This document shows positions 1 through 12,660 of a stretch of 64,000 nt of DNA, piece after piece (the stretch's first letter is position 1; each line of letters starts with the position of its first letter). The stretch covers positions 26,515,343 to 26,579,342 of the forward strand of contig CM119267.1 in assembly GCA_051294375.1 (NCBI GenBank), in the 5' to 3' direction. The notes below the pieces were generated by a model. That model saw nothing but the letters and a program-made list of their open reading frames with translations, was not told the origin of the DNA and searched no databases. The translations under genes and the position numbers were made by a program. The stretch is from Paraspadella gotoi. Taxonomy: Eukaryota; Animalia; Chaetognatha.

Positions 1-640
1 TGTCGGAGAGCGGCGTCAAAGAAAAGGGCGAGTCGCGGCAGAAAAGATTAACGGCCCGCATCGAGTTGATAAGACGGGGTTTCGAAGGTTCGACGGAGAG
101 AGCATTCACGACCCTCGGAGGGGGATCGGAGCCGACACGACCAAGGCAGAGAATACTACCCTCGCGGAGGCGTTGAGTGATGGTGTCGGAAATGAAGTCC
201 TGGAACTCCCAGCAAATGGGAGCGTTCTGGAAGTACATGTGGGGGGGAGTGACCGAGTCAAAAGAGCGACCGTTGAATGTTCCCGTATAATGCGAGAAAA
301 AGGACGGTATGTGGACGCCATCTCGGAGCCATGGGCGAACGATCTCGTAACGAGGAATATCTTTCATCAGAGACTCCCATGCATTAAAATTTTGTTTGAG
401 GTTGCCGCAAACGAAGGAAAGAGGGTTACGGAGGCGGAGAAGGTCAAAACGGGGAGCCAGTCGACCGGCGAGGACGTCGGATGGCGAAGGGAGGACGTCG
501 TAATCGGGAGCGGAAGCAGGAGAACCGTGGAGGTCGACCCAGGAGATAGTGGTGGAGGAAGGGCGCACGCTAGACGGATCGAACGAGGGCGCAGAGATAA
601 GCGAACGAGCGGCACGGCGACGAAGGTAACGAGCGAAGTC
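1..640 (-). CDS. Reverse transcriptase N-terminal part (open to the window edge, absent from the ORF track)
   Basis: Manual translation is stop-free: ...RNPLSFVCGNLKQNFNAWESL...WLRDGVHIPSFFSHYTGTFNGRSFDSVTPP...GRVGSDPPPRVVNALSVEPSKPRLINSMRAVNLFCRDSPFSL, resembling DIRS-type RT. It begins at an acceptor ttcccttcag|GAC. Confidence 0.8.
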
Positions 641-1230
641 CTGAAGGGAAACGAACAAAGGGATGAGAGTAGAGCGGGAGAGTGAGACGCGTCGAGACCA
701 AGAGCGAGCGGAGGCCGAAACAGGCGGGGCTCAACCGCACCCGGTGCGGGAGCAACAACGAGCTGCGAATCCACCAGAGTTGTAGAACAACTCCTGGATA
801 GGCAAATGCACTGCATCCAATGCAGGGGAAGATCCAGACGCGGACCAACCAGTCGTAGAACGAAACTGGGCGGTGGAGTCCAAACTCCGAGAGAACTGAG
901 GTTGTAGAACAAGCGACAGCTCTCCGCTGATATGGTCCGGCAGGATCTAAACAGGGCCAACGTGAAAGGGGCTCGAAGAAGGCCAAACACAATCGGAAGC
1001 CGACGCGTTGCTAGGCCAGAGCCGCGAATGTGCGAAGCAAAGAAAAGGGCCCTACATGACAAGCATGCAAACAAATCGCGCATGTAACTAAACCAAAGAA
1101 ACACTCACCTCAAGTCTAGAGACGAGGGGAGGTGCGGCGACGATAATCTGAAAACAAGGGCCCGATACATATCACAGATCACGAATATCACCGAAGACTG
1201 ACAGTTTGATAAATTGAAAGAAGGCAAAAT

Positions 1231-2570
1231 TTATTGGCTCTTTGAGTCCGGACAGTCGCGGGCCATATGGCCAGCTTTGAGACACTTGAAGCACTTGTCC
1301 GTAGAGCTGAAGGTCTTCTTCGACGGTGAGGAGTGTTGGGAGTTGCGAGACCCATAAGAATAATAACGGCCGCGGGAATAGGTATTACGACCGTTGTTGG
1401 AGAATGAACGACCCCTGGAGTTGTCCTTTTGAAGGAGGAACCTGTCTACGCGACGAGCGAGGTCTGAGTTGGCACGACCCGACATTTCGGCGTAAATCAG
1501 GGCAGCGACGCCGGGTTTGCGGGCATCGACATGGGCTTTGCAAGCGTCAAGGACAACGTCGAGGTTGGAGCGAAAATTGCGAGCTTCAATCCTCCGAGTC
1601 GAAGGCATAGACCTGGAGGAAGCCAACTTGCGCAGCTGGGACATGTAATCAAAGATGACGTCGTAGAAGCAAGGAAGGGGCCGGGATTCGTCGGCCATGC
1701 GGCGTTTGCAGAGCTCGATAAGCTTGGTCCGCACGTCCTTCATGCTCTGGAAAACACAATGCGTTAGGGAGGGGGGGGAAAGCCCAACAGGAAACCCGAG
1801 AGGGGAAGGGAGAAACAAGGCGAAGAGACAATAAAAGAAAACAACACAAAAGGGCTGACCTCGGTGGCGATCTTGTTGAAGGATTGAGACAAACACTGAC
1901 GATTAGCTGACTTAGAAGTGGAGGAGGCGGCGGAGTCGTCGACGGGAGCGTCAGCCTTGTCTTCGTCGACCTCGCTGAGATCCGAATCGGAGATGTCCTC
2001 GTATTGGACCAATTTGACAGGTTCGGAAGCGGTGGCCACATCGGAAGCACTGGATGTGGAGGGAGTAGCGTCGGCAGAAGAGGACTTGGAAGACGAACTT
2101 TTGGAGGAAGACTTGCCAGATGAGGACTTGGAGGACGACTTGGATGAAGAAGGCGGGACGGAAGACTCCCTGGAGCGTTTGGAAGAAGACGAAGACGGGG
2201 AAGACGAGCGCTTGGAGTGGGAGGCCGACATAAAGTCGTCGCGAAGCAGGCGGCGGAAAACGGATTTTACCCTGAGGAATTCCAGCTTACTGGAGACTGT
2301 CGTTGACTTGGAACTTCCGACAAAGAGAGCTTGGATGAGGGCAAAGGCCTCACGACCGTCTTCGGAGTCAGCGCCAATGAGACGAAAGTCCTGGAGGGAG
2401 CAGACACCATTGGAAGTAAGCTTGGCGACGGACGCAGGCTGGAGGCCAAAGTGAACGCAAACGCTCTGTACGCGACGATCAAGTCGGCAATCGGAGCCAT
2501 ATGGATTGACGCCGTCGGCGAGAGGGGTAACGGCGCCGTCGGGAAAATCAGCAGGAGAGACGTCCGGCAT
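1231..2570 (-). CDS. Gag, two exons (2570-1860, 1746-1231), ~408 aa, Ser-rich linker and C-terminal CCHC zinc knuckle
   Basis: CFKCLKAGHMARDC fits CX2CX4HX4C. A phase-0 intron at 1859-1747 (GAG|gtcagc...ctaac...ttttccag|AGC) joins ORFs 1764..2678 and 1231..1896 in frame. Confidence 0.75.
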
Positions 2571-4062
2571 AGCGTAAAAAGGATCCGATTCGAAGATTAA
2601 TAAAAACTGAGAATAAAAACCTGAAGAAAGAAACAGACAAAGAAAAACGAAAAATGGCAAAAAAACGAGGGAAAGCAATGGGGAGAGGGGGACACAAGGG
2701 ACGAATGTTCACGCGAAGTCCTGAGGGAGCGAGTGCAACAACGAGTGAAGGAGTCAACCGATTAGATAACCAGTCTCGGTGTCATTCTGGTTCGTTTTTT
2801 CACAAAGCTCTATTTTTAACTAAAAAAGTTTTTTTAAAAAAAAAAAACTTTTTTTCTTTTTTCATTTTGTTCGCACGAGCCCAGGGGTGTTGAAGACTCA
2901 AAATATGGAAATTCACCATTTTTTAGTATTTGTTTAGCTTTTTCTACGTTATTTTTGTTATATATAATATCTATTCTTTATATCAGTTAGATTACTTCTG
3001 ATAATGATTTTAATTTATCGCTATTTAACTGTTTTAAAACGCATTCATAAAAAAAATTTAGTTTAGCTTAAGCCAAGGGTTGTTGAAGAGCTAAAATGTT
3101 TTAAAAATTTTTTTTAATATTTATAAATTATAATTTATTATGTTTTTTAAAGATAACCTATTTTTAAATTATGGTGAATGAATATTTGATATCTTTAAAT
3201 GCATTGAGGCGACTTACCACAGCTTAAAGTTAATCAATTAATTTAATAATGTTTTTTAAAAAACTGAAAACCCCAAAAACTCTATGATTCAAAGCAATTA
3301 ATTTTAATATTTAATCACAAAATAATAATTTTATAAGATAAAATTATTTAAATAAATATTCGGATATACTATAAAAAATTGTTTACTTTAATACTATATA
3401 AATATAATTATATCTATATTATAAATATAAATATAAAAAAATGAATCTGAATATTAAATTTTGTAACGGATAAGAATAATAGTTTGGTTAACTCTGATAT
3501 ACAATATTTGTTCATTAAATAAAAATAATTTTTATTTAATATACAATAATTTTTTCAACTAAATAATTAAATAATTGTTTAAACAAGAAGTTTTTGTTTT
3601 CTCACTAAATCTAAAAACACAAGAAAAAGAAAGTTATGATTTATAAAAGATTCATTGAAAAGTAATCCTTTCTTTTTCGCTTGTTACCTAATTAATTAGA
3701 GAATGGACAAAGTTTTTGTTTGCAAACGAATTTTATTTATAAGTTGAACAGACAATGTTTCGACTTGATAATTTATTTGTTTATTATTAGTTTAAAAAAT
3801 CTTTAAGTTTATTAATTTTATTCTCTTTCCCTTTACATTGTTTGTACATTGTCCAATGTAAAGATTTTCTCTCTTCTCTCTCTCTTTCTCTCTCTTCCAT
3901 TCTCCCTCAATTTCAAAATGTTTCACCAAACCACTCCTGCCCTGTTCTTACCTTCACCTGTCTCAACAATCTGACCACTGTCCTTTAACTCAATTCTTTT
4001 GTTGGAAACACACTCTCGTCTCTCTCTCTCTCTCTCTCTCATTGAAACTCAATGTTAAAGAG

Positions 4063-5000
4063 AAACAAGTTTGAGCAAACAATGTCGGATCTGCCTACGA
4101 TAAATTAATTAATTAATAGATTAATTAATTAATTAATAGATTAATTATAATTTATATTCAGCTTTGTCATCATCGATGTCCTTAAAATTGAGTCAGGACA
4201 GTTATTAAATGTTTTGTTTACATTTTATCAAAACAAACAAATATCCTCTATTATCGAGCAAGGCGGGCAAAGCCCGTCCTGGCTAGATTTTGATTCGGTT
4301 TAGCTTTCGGTCTCGCTTTTTTGCAATCATGGCTTCTGAAAATGTGATATCATAGGGAGTTGAATTTTCATATATGGCTTCTAATCATCAAGATCTTTAA
4401 AATTCTCATGTTTCATATCAATATTGGTATTTGTTTATGTTTTATTTACAAAACAAAAAACGTTTTATTTATAATTATATGTCGCTCTCTCATCTCTCTT
4501 TCTTTTAAATATATGTCGCTCTCTCTCTCTCTTTTTCTCCGTCACTGCTTCTTCTGATTTGTTAAAAACGAGTTCCGGCTCTGCAGCGTCTGTCCAGCTT
4601 CTTTCTCTCCTCTCTCTCTCTTTCTCTCTTCTCTTTTTTTTTTTACAAAAAATTTTTTGTAGATATAATGTGGGTTCACTAATGTAAAAAAAGAATGCCG
4701 CGAACAGGGTGCAAACCCGGGTCCTTTGGGTAGAGAAGAGCTCACGCTACGTGCGGCGCCATAAGTAACTGCTGATTCTTTAACGAGTAAAGGGGCTGTA
4801 GAGCTTCTCTTCTCTCTCTCTTAATTATTAATATATCGCTCTTTCTCTTCTCTTTTTCTCTGCGCAGCGGCTGTCTCTCTCTCTCTTTTTTTCTCTCTCT
4901 TCTCTCTCTCTCTGTCTCTCTGTGTGTGTCTGTCCCTCTCTGTCCGATCTCTTGCGTGATCGTTTGTTTTTTTGAAAAATTCTGATTATTTTTTTCCTTC
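4063..5000 (-). mobile_element. DINE-1/HINE-like element, 3' end and internal remnants
   Basis: Family 3' signature aacaagtttgagcaaacaatgtcggatctgcc at 4063; internal pieces shared with other copies. Right boundary approximate. Confidence 0.5.
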
Positions 5001-7119
5001 ATAAAAACTTTTTAATATTGCCATTTATTCCGCGCTTTTTTTCAATACAAAATCCCATATTTTCATCCGAGATTTTCGTGGATTTATTCTTCTCTCTCAT
5101 CCTCTCTGTCTCTTCTCTCTTTCTCTCTCTTCTCTTCTCTCTTCTCTCTTTCACTCATTACACGTTGTTTTTATCTACGCATCAAACAATCAAGATCTTA
5201 TTTAGACAACCAAATTTCTGAACTTAACTAATTACGCATCTTTCTTGATCTCATTGGTTAGTACGAACCTCACCTCATTTAAAAAAACGTTGTCTCAAGT
5301 TATCTCCTTCTTAAATTCACACTTAGAAACTTCCCAAGTAAATTTCTATGAGTTAAAAAATACGGTAGACATGATTTCTCAATGATGATGTTTATTCTAA
5401 TCATCATTAACTGCGTAATTTTTAGATTATAAGTATGCTTGAATTTTTATGGTACAGATAATTTTTAAAAAGGAAATCGAATTCCTTAATAAGAATCTTC
5501 ATGTTTATTACTTATACAAACATTTTAGGTAAGAACGGCACATTATTGATACATTTTTTTTTTCCTTCATAACGCTTTTCCCTGATCTATTTTTATCTTT
5601 CACCTGCTTTTCTTCTCTTTCTTAATATTTCGCTCTTCCTCTTTCCTCCCTTACTTCTCACGCTGTCACTGTACTATTTTTCGCCCCTACCTTTTTCTGG
5701 CACTCATGCACTTTCCTCACCTTTTTTTCTCATCTTCATTCTTTCCCTTTCTTTTCCCTCTTTTTCTTTCCATTTTCGCCTTTCTTTTCTCAACCTTACA
5801 ATTGTTTTCAACTATTTTTTCCAAAATATTGGCCCATTTCGTTTTTTTTGCACTTTCACCCTCTCTTTCATTCTCTCCACTTCTCGCTTCTTTCTTTGTT
5901 TTCCTTCCTTTCTTCTCACTATGTTTACATTGAAGCCAAATCAAAAGAATTCATTAATAAGCATTATAAGAAGGAAAATGAACGGTAGCGCATGATTTTA
6001 TTCAATTTTGGTTGCCTAGCAAATTTTAGTAAAATGCGACCAGATTTTGCGGAAAATTTTCGCAAAATCTGTCGATTCATGAGAAAAAAAACAAGTCTGT
6101 ACGCTTTTCCATTTGGTAAAAGTATGCGGTTTTTTTTAAATGTAATTCAAGGTCAGTATGTACCTCATCTTTTAAAAAACTAATAAATCAGTTGGAAAAT
6201 ATTCCTTTAATCAAAAATAAGAATGCAAGTCCACAAAAAGTCACAAATTAAAATAACGTCTTTAAAATGATTGTGCTAAACCAAAAGAAGTTTTTTGGAT
6301 AAATTGTTATTTTAGGTGTTAAAAGCTTATTCAATAGGCTAATTTTCTGTTAATTTCAACCAATTTGATTCATTTTTGTTTAAGCATTATGATAAAGACT
6401 GAAACTGAACTTTTTGAACTTGTTACTTTAAAATTAATTCATATGGCAAACTATAAATGATTTAAGCTAATAAATTTACCCAGGGGTAAAAGAAGATAAG
6501 AAAGACGGATTTCCAAAGTAAAAAAATTTTCTCAAACTTTCCTTGGATTTCAATCAGGAAAGTCGTAAGTAAAAAAATGAGCAAAATGGACATAAAATTT
6601 TTTTTCCTAAAAGTTGCCAAAAATGGTACTCATTTTATCATTACATACGGGTGGGTGATGTTTCTAAACACAATCCTTCTTTTCGCCCTAAAATTTGTGT
6701 TCCTGGTACAAAGTTAATCAACATTGTAAAGTAACAGCTGGAACAATATTGGAAAAGAGTCGTTTTTTTCTCTAAAAGTGCAAACGTTTGTACGGCGTGA
6801 ACCTATATTAAAGAAAAAAATTTTTTTCAAAAATTTCTCATTTTGCATATGCCTATATTAATGCAATAATATGCATAATATGACAATAGTACTTAACACA
6901 TAAAAAAATGTTAAAATTTTTAAAATATGATATATTTTTTAAGCCCAATTCGAATTCCTCACGAAGTTGATAAAAAGAAAATATACTTTTTTTAGAAAAA
7001 TTATTTTCTTGTGGGTCAAATCCCTAAAAAATGTTATAGTTAACTTATATTTAATTTAGTATAAAAATATGTTTTTTAATTTTTAGCTTATTATGAGAAT
7101 TTTTATTTTATATCTTTAG

Positions 7120-10100
7120 TAGCATACATAGCACATACATAGTTCGCACTATGCCCGTCGGCTCTTACTTTTCTTCTTTCGATTGAGTTCAGGGCTACAA
7201 GCACGTCGCCCTCTCTCCTGCCTCCTACACTTTCTGTGCTTGATGGGCTGGTTGGTGGTTCTGCGACATACACCACCTCCCCTTTGGTTGGAAGAACGCG
7301 GCTTAGTTTATACAACCATCGGTGAAGTTCTTTCGGATTGGCTCAGAGCCGGGGGTCCACACTGAGCTCTGGATAGTGATCGCTTCTTGGGCCTTGCCCC
7401 TAAACTTTGACTCTTTCTTCCTTATTTTCACACATTCGCCTTTCTTTTGCCCCCCCCGGACACCAAACTCCGTCAAGCGGAGCGCGCCTCTTACTGTCTG
7501 CTCAACACGGCCTACCTTCTCGGATACTTAATCTCTCCTCCAAAAGCCAGATCTCTCCGTTCAACGCCCTGTCCATCTCGCTTTGGCATCGACAGTGCCT
7601 CTTCTGCCTTCTTCCTTCCCGACAAGCTCAAGCTTAAGTTCGGCTCTCTTCGCGAACGCTTGCTCTCATCGCGTCTTGCTACCCTCCATGACATTCAGTC
7701 GTTCGTGGGAAATGTAACCACCTTCGTCTCGTTTTTCGCAGCTTCCTTTTGTTCACTCTTCAATGTCGTTCCCTCATTCCTTCACTTTCTGAGATCCCCT
7801 CTCCGCTCCCTCCGCTTGTCGTGGACGAGATCTCTTTCTGGTCGTTCGTTGATTCCTGTCCGATCCTATCCCTTTTCGCCGACATCAGCATCTCGACCTT
7901 CGCCTCTTTACTGATGCTTCCGGCCATGCTTGGGGCGCTGAAGTCGCCTCGCGCCCATTGGTTCTTCGAGATTACTGGAACGGACTCTTTTATTCACCAG
8001 TGACATCAAGCGTTAAGGAGCCACCGCTGTGTTTTACGCCCTTCAGGCCCATCATCCGCGTCAATCACCAACCGTCGCGTTGACGTCTCTGTCGACACAA
8101 TCAGACCCTGTTAAACGTCTTGTCCCAGTCCCCCCTGCCGGACATCTTTATGGCCTTTACCTCCCTTGTGATGATTCCTCCCTTGAGTAGGGTGCATCTT
8201 TGTCACGCTGTCCTGTGCTTCCGCTTTTCCTCTCGTCGCCCCCGCCTGGCACGTCGCTTCTGCGCCCTTTTCATCTTGCCGACAAAGCTTCCTTTCCTCC
8301 CTCGACAATCGGTGTCCTTGAACTTTCCTTGTCCTCAGGCTTTGCCTCCAATCGCCTCCCCCTTCTCCTTCGGACTCCTAGGCCGTGTCTTGCCGCTTTC
8401 CCCCATTTCCGTTCTTCCGTCTTTGCCGCCTCCCACCGGTGAGATTCATCCCGTTCTCCGACTGTGTTTCATCCTCTTCTCTCTCTCAGCTGGCCTCTAC
8501 CCTTTTTCAGTTTCTCCTCTCTTCTGCGTCTCGCGACGGCAACTCTGCGGGATGTCGTTCTCAAGGCTTTGAAGTCTCGGCGCGACTTCTCCTTCGACGT
8601 CTCGTTCTAGCATGTGGTGTCAATGACGCCTCTCGCCTTGACGTCTCGATTTCGTTCTTGCTGTCTTCCTTCCTCCCTTGGCTGTTACCAATGTCTCAGG
8701 CCCTGGCCCTCTCTTCCGATCGTCACGTCAGTCCTCCTTTCCGGGATCTGGTCAGTCTCGATCCTCTTTCTATCAAATCGCAGGATCTCGCTTGGGAATG
8801 AACTCGCTGCGGTCCCTCTGGTGCTCGCGGGCCCAATTTGGACTTTTTATTTCGAAATGAAACACATTAGATTGCCGACCTTAAGGATGATGATGTACAT
8901 CTCGATGCGTCTGGGCTTACCAAGCTCTCCTCGCCATTTACTTTCTTCTTTCGCTCCACCTTTGTGTTTCACCCTCAGGATTAATGTCTTTCTTTTTGTT
9001 TCAGGATAATTATCTCGCGCGTAAATCGGAAACTTTCTCACTTCCTACGAGAAGGCGAAGCTCGTGTCCAATTTTGAAGCGTTTCTGTTGATGTCTCCCC
9101 GACTCGTTCTCCGCGTCTCTCGCTACCCGCACCCCGCCCGACGACGTCTGCCGTTTTCTGATCACCGGGATTCTCGGGGTCGCACCCCGTCCACGTCTCG
9201 GCTGTCTCTTTCTTGGTCTCCATGGCTCTCATCCCTGCCCTTGTCCCTTTCATCTTGCCGCGGCACCTCGACTCCATCATCGCAAGCTCAGGGCGGCCTT
9301 AACTCCATCGGCCGCGTCGACTCCTTCCTCCTCCGCCAACCCCGGTTCCAACGTCCCTGCTGCTTCTCCCTCTGCTCAGGCTCCGCCCATTTTCTCCACC
9401 CACCTCTTCGCCTTCTCGCTCTGAGATTTCCCGCCGTATCGACTCTCTCCCTCCTCCCGCCCCTTCCTTCCCGACCGCTCGTTCTCTTCGCGACTCGCCT
9501 TCTTTACCTCCCAATGGTTCGCCGGCGATCGGCCGGCGACCTCGCCGCGCCATTGGTCGAGAGGTCACCCGACTCCATTGTGGCTCCCTGCTCTTTAACC
9601 ATACTCTTGGCAAGACGATTCGCCAGAATGACGGCGACCTCCTCGTTGTTCCCGCCGTCCCTGATGAGCCTCTTCTTTGCCCGGTTCTGGCCTCTCGATG
9701 CAGTTACGTCGCGCTCTGTGCTTCCAACGGCCTCGAGTTGTCAACTCTTTCCTATTCCGCCACCCAAAGTCCCCAGGCACGACGCCTCCTTGACACCACC
9801 GTTTTCCTCCAATAACGCGATCTGACGTCTTCGCGTTTACCTCCCGACGACGCTCACCGCTTCCCGGGTCTCACGCGCATGGCTCCCGTGCTGGGTGCGC
9901 CATTACGCTCCTCATGCTTGGCGCCTCGAAAGAGGTCATGGGTCACTGCCGTTGGGCCTCCGAGCGCATCTTCGAACATTACACTTAACCCATCGCAGTT
10001 TCTCGTTCCTCCAACTCTCGCTCAACTGTTGCGTGAGGCCGTTGTCTCCTCTGCCTCCGCTCCTCATCTGCGGACGTCGCCGGCATTTGTTTTCAGTCTC

Positions 10101-10480
10101 TCAAGCAGGCCTTCTCCAGGAGAGGGCTTTCTTGACGCCTCTCGATCTCTTCCGCCTCCTCAGACCGACTCCTTTGGTTAGGTTTGGTATTGGGTTAGGT
10201 TGGGTGTCCATGTGTCCCCGTGTGTCGTGTACCCTAGGTCCATGCTGTCGTAACGCATGTCTCTACCCCACCTACTAAACTAGGTAGAGTCAGCGAGGTG
10301 TCGTCGGTGAAATAGGTCCACTATTCCAGCTCGCGCAGGACCTCTCGCTGTCTCAACGCCGTGAGTGAATCAATCCGTGGAGCGAGTGCGAGTGTGAGTG
10401 CATGGCGACTGCATGGCGCCTGATGTGTACAAGTCTGGTAACGTGTGCAGCACCACTAATCGTTCTCCCCCCTCCTTTTT
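7120..10480 (+). mobile_element. 3' part of a YR retrotransposon (end of RT, RNase H, tyrosine recombinase), frameshifted
   Basis: LHDIQSFVG connection motif, FTDAS..WG RNase H motif (~7907), and YR C-terminus AHGSRAGCAITLLMLGASKEVMGHCRWASERIFEHY (~9875-9985) with HxxR, H/W and Y catalytic positions. Confidence 0.8.
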
Positions 10481-10838
10481 TATTTTCTTTCATGTGCTTC
10501 ATCGTGGCCCGCCCTCCCTTCTCGCCCAAATGCTAAAAAACCAAAAAAATTTGTTTTTCAATTTTTTTGAAATATTTTTAAGTGGCATCAGTGGTGCTTT
10601 TTACGTTTTAAACATATAAAAAAAATTTAAAAACTAAAATTGAAAAATTTTCAAAAAAAATTAAGAATATTTGAAAGATGCATGTTCAATCAATTTTTAC
10701 TTCCAATTTTTCTTAATTATTCCAAAACTGACTTGAACTGCTGAATGTTCATGGAAGCTGAAAATTAAGGTTAACAAAATATTTTCTGTGTAATTAAATA
10801 CGTTTGTGGAAAAGTAGTCTATGCAACTGTTTGTGCAA

Positions 10839-10863
10839 NNNNNNNNNNNNNNNNNNNNNNNNN
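10839..10863. other. Assembly gap (25 N)
   Basis: Run of N. Confidence 1.
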
Positions 10864-12289
10864 TTGATTTTCATTGCTTTATCTATTTTTCCCTTCTTTC
10901 CTTTTTTTTCGCACTCACTTTGTTTTTACCTTATCTTATTTTTCTAATTTTTTTCTTCTGATTTTTCTCCTTTATTCTACATCATTCTCGTTCACTTGTA
11001 TTTTTTCTTTTTCTTTCCTTCCAACTCTTCTCTCTACTTCATTTTCTCACCTTCTCTTCACTTTCTCACCTTTCCTTTACTTCATCCTTAGATCATCTTA
11101 ACTCACCTCGATCACTCGCCTTTCTCCATCCACCCTCTTTTTCTCCAGCACGTCATCGTACTTTCCCCATCCTCCTCCTTACCTCCTCCTCTCCTCCGGA
11201 ATTATTTCCAAAAGGCTTTTCACCGAAGATTTCTTCATTAGCATTTTCTGCCCAACGAATATCCCTTGGATTCTAGCCGCTTCTCCGATTTTCCCCCCCC
11301 CCCTTTCGCATTTCCTAGAAATAGACGAGAGATTTGAAAATGGAATCGTGGATAAGGGGGAGATGGAGCGGGGGAGTGAAAGAGGGGAGAGTGGTGGGTG
11401 CGGTTTAGGGTGAGAGTAATAGGGAGGTGGGGACGCCCACGATCGGGGAATTTAAAAGCTATCGACTTATCTTTTTTTCTCATCTTTTTTTTTACAAAAT
11501 TCTTTCATCGTTTTATTTTTTTTTAAATTAAAAAAAAAAAAGATTTAACGGACGGAATTTGCTTGAAGATTAGTTTTTTTTACTAATGCGGCGCCTTTTC
11601 TGCATTTAAAAAAGGCATGCATCTCTCTCTCACTCTCTCTCTCTCTCAATGGTCTCTCCTTTTTCTCTCCTGTTCCCAAAATAATAAAATTACATTTTCG
11701 AATATAAGAACATGCAGTTATTCACCTGTAATTGTTAATTTATGATTCATCCGTGACACAAATAAGCTCGGAGTGGAAGACGCCATCGTTAGACCGAGAG
11801 AAATGCCTACTGGCCGGCGATTTGAAGATAGGCCTGACGATGCTAAAAACAATGTACGTAAATGTATATTATAAGTTAATAATAAAAGTAGACCAGAGAG
11901 AGATGGCCAAATTTTTTCGGTACGATTTAATAACCAACCGCCTCCCGCATCTGCTTTCGCTTAGGATATCAAAATGATTCTTTCTAAACGCAAAGAAACA
12001 AGATTCCCGTTTCTGTTCTAACCAACCCCCACTTTATTTAATGATTTCCTCTTTATTCTATTTTCTTACATTGTATGTATCCATAGTTAAACTTTTAACT
12101 TTAAATTCTCCTTTTCCTCCTCCACTTTCCTTTTTACTCTTTCTCCTGTTTGTTCTGCATTAGAGCGGGTGGAACAGTTACATACCGAAAATTGCTAAAT
12201 GTCAATTGATGGAACAACATTACCATCACGTTGAACATTTATTTGGTAAAAAAAAATAATTTTATGTTCTTCCAATTTTCGCATTAGGC

Positions 12290-12660
12290 TTATTATAGTA
12301 CTCTCACATAAAAAATGAAAATTTTTAAAATTAGGGATTTTCTTTTGCTTCGAATTCCCGTCAAAGTTGATAAAAGAAAATATACTGATTTTTAGAAAAA
12401 TTCATTTCATTAGTGGGTTAACAAATTAAAAAAACGATTATTTATATATAAAAATTTCAATTTTCGCTTTAAAATATAGGTTTCTAATATTTGACGTCAC
12501 TAATAAGATACTTTTTGAAAAAGAGTTATATTTCTTATATCAACTTTTATGACGAGATCCAAATCTGGCAAAGAAAGATCGTTTACAAACAAGATCTATT
12601 TGAAATTTTTAACATTTATTAGGATAATAGTAGATATAAATATGGCCTATTAATTATAAA
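12290..12660. mobile_element. Foldback/MITE-like palindromic element, same family as 55968-61138 and ~6885-7030
   Basis: aaagttgataaaagaaaatata...agtgggt is answered by an inverted tatatttcttatatcaactttt arm. Confidence 0.5.

Larger units (their letters stand above)
1..2800 (-). mobile_element. 5' part of a tyrosine-recombinase (DIRS-order) retrotransposon: gag plus start of RT, running off the window edge
   Basis: GC-rich block with a CCHC-knuckle gag and an open RT frame; GC content falls abruptly near 2800 (boundary approximate). Confidence 0.85.

Noticed and set aside
1918-2454. Acidic 178-aa ORF on +
   Set aside because: Antisense shadow of the Ser-rich gag linker.
4696-4775. tRNA-like sequence on -
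   Set aside because: Degenerate boxes and stems inside a repeat; a SINE-like remnant, not a tRNA gene, and no twister follows it.
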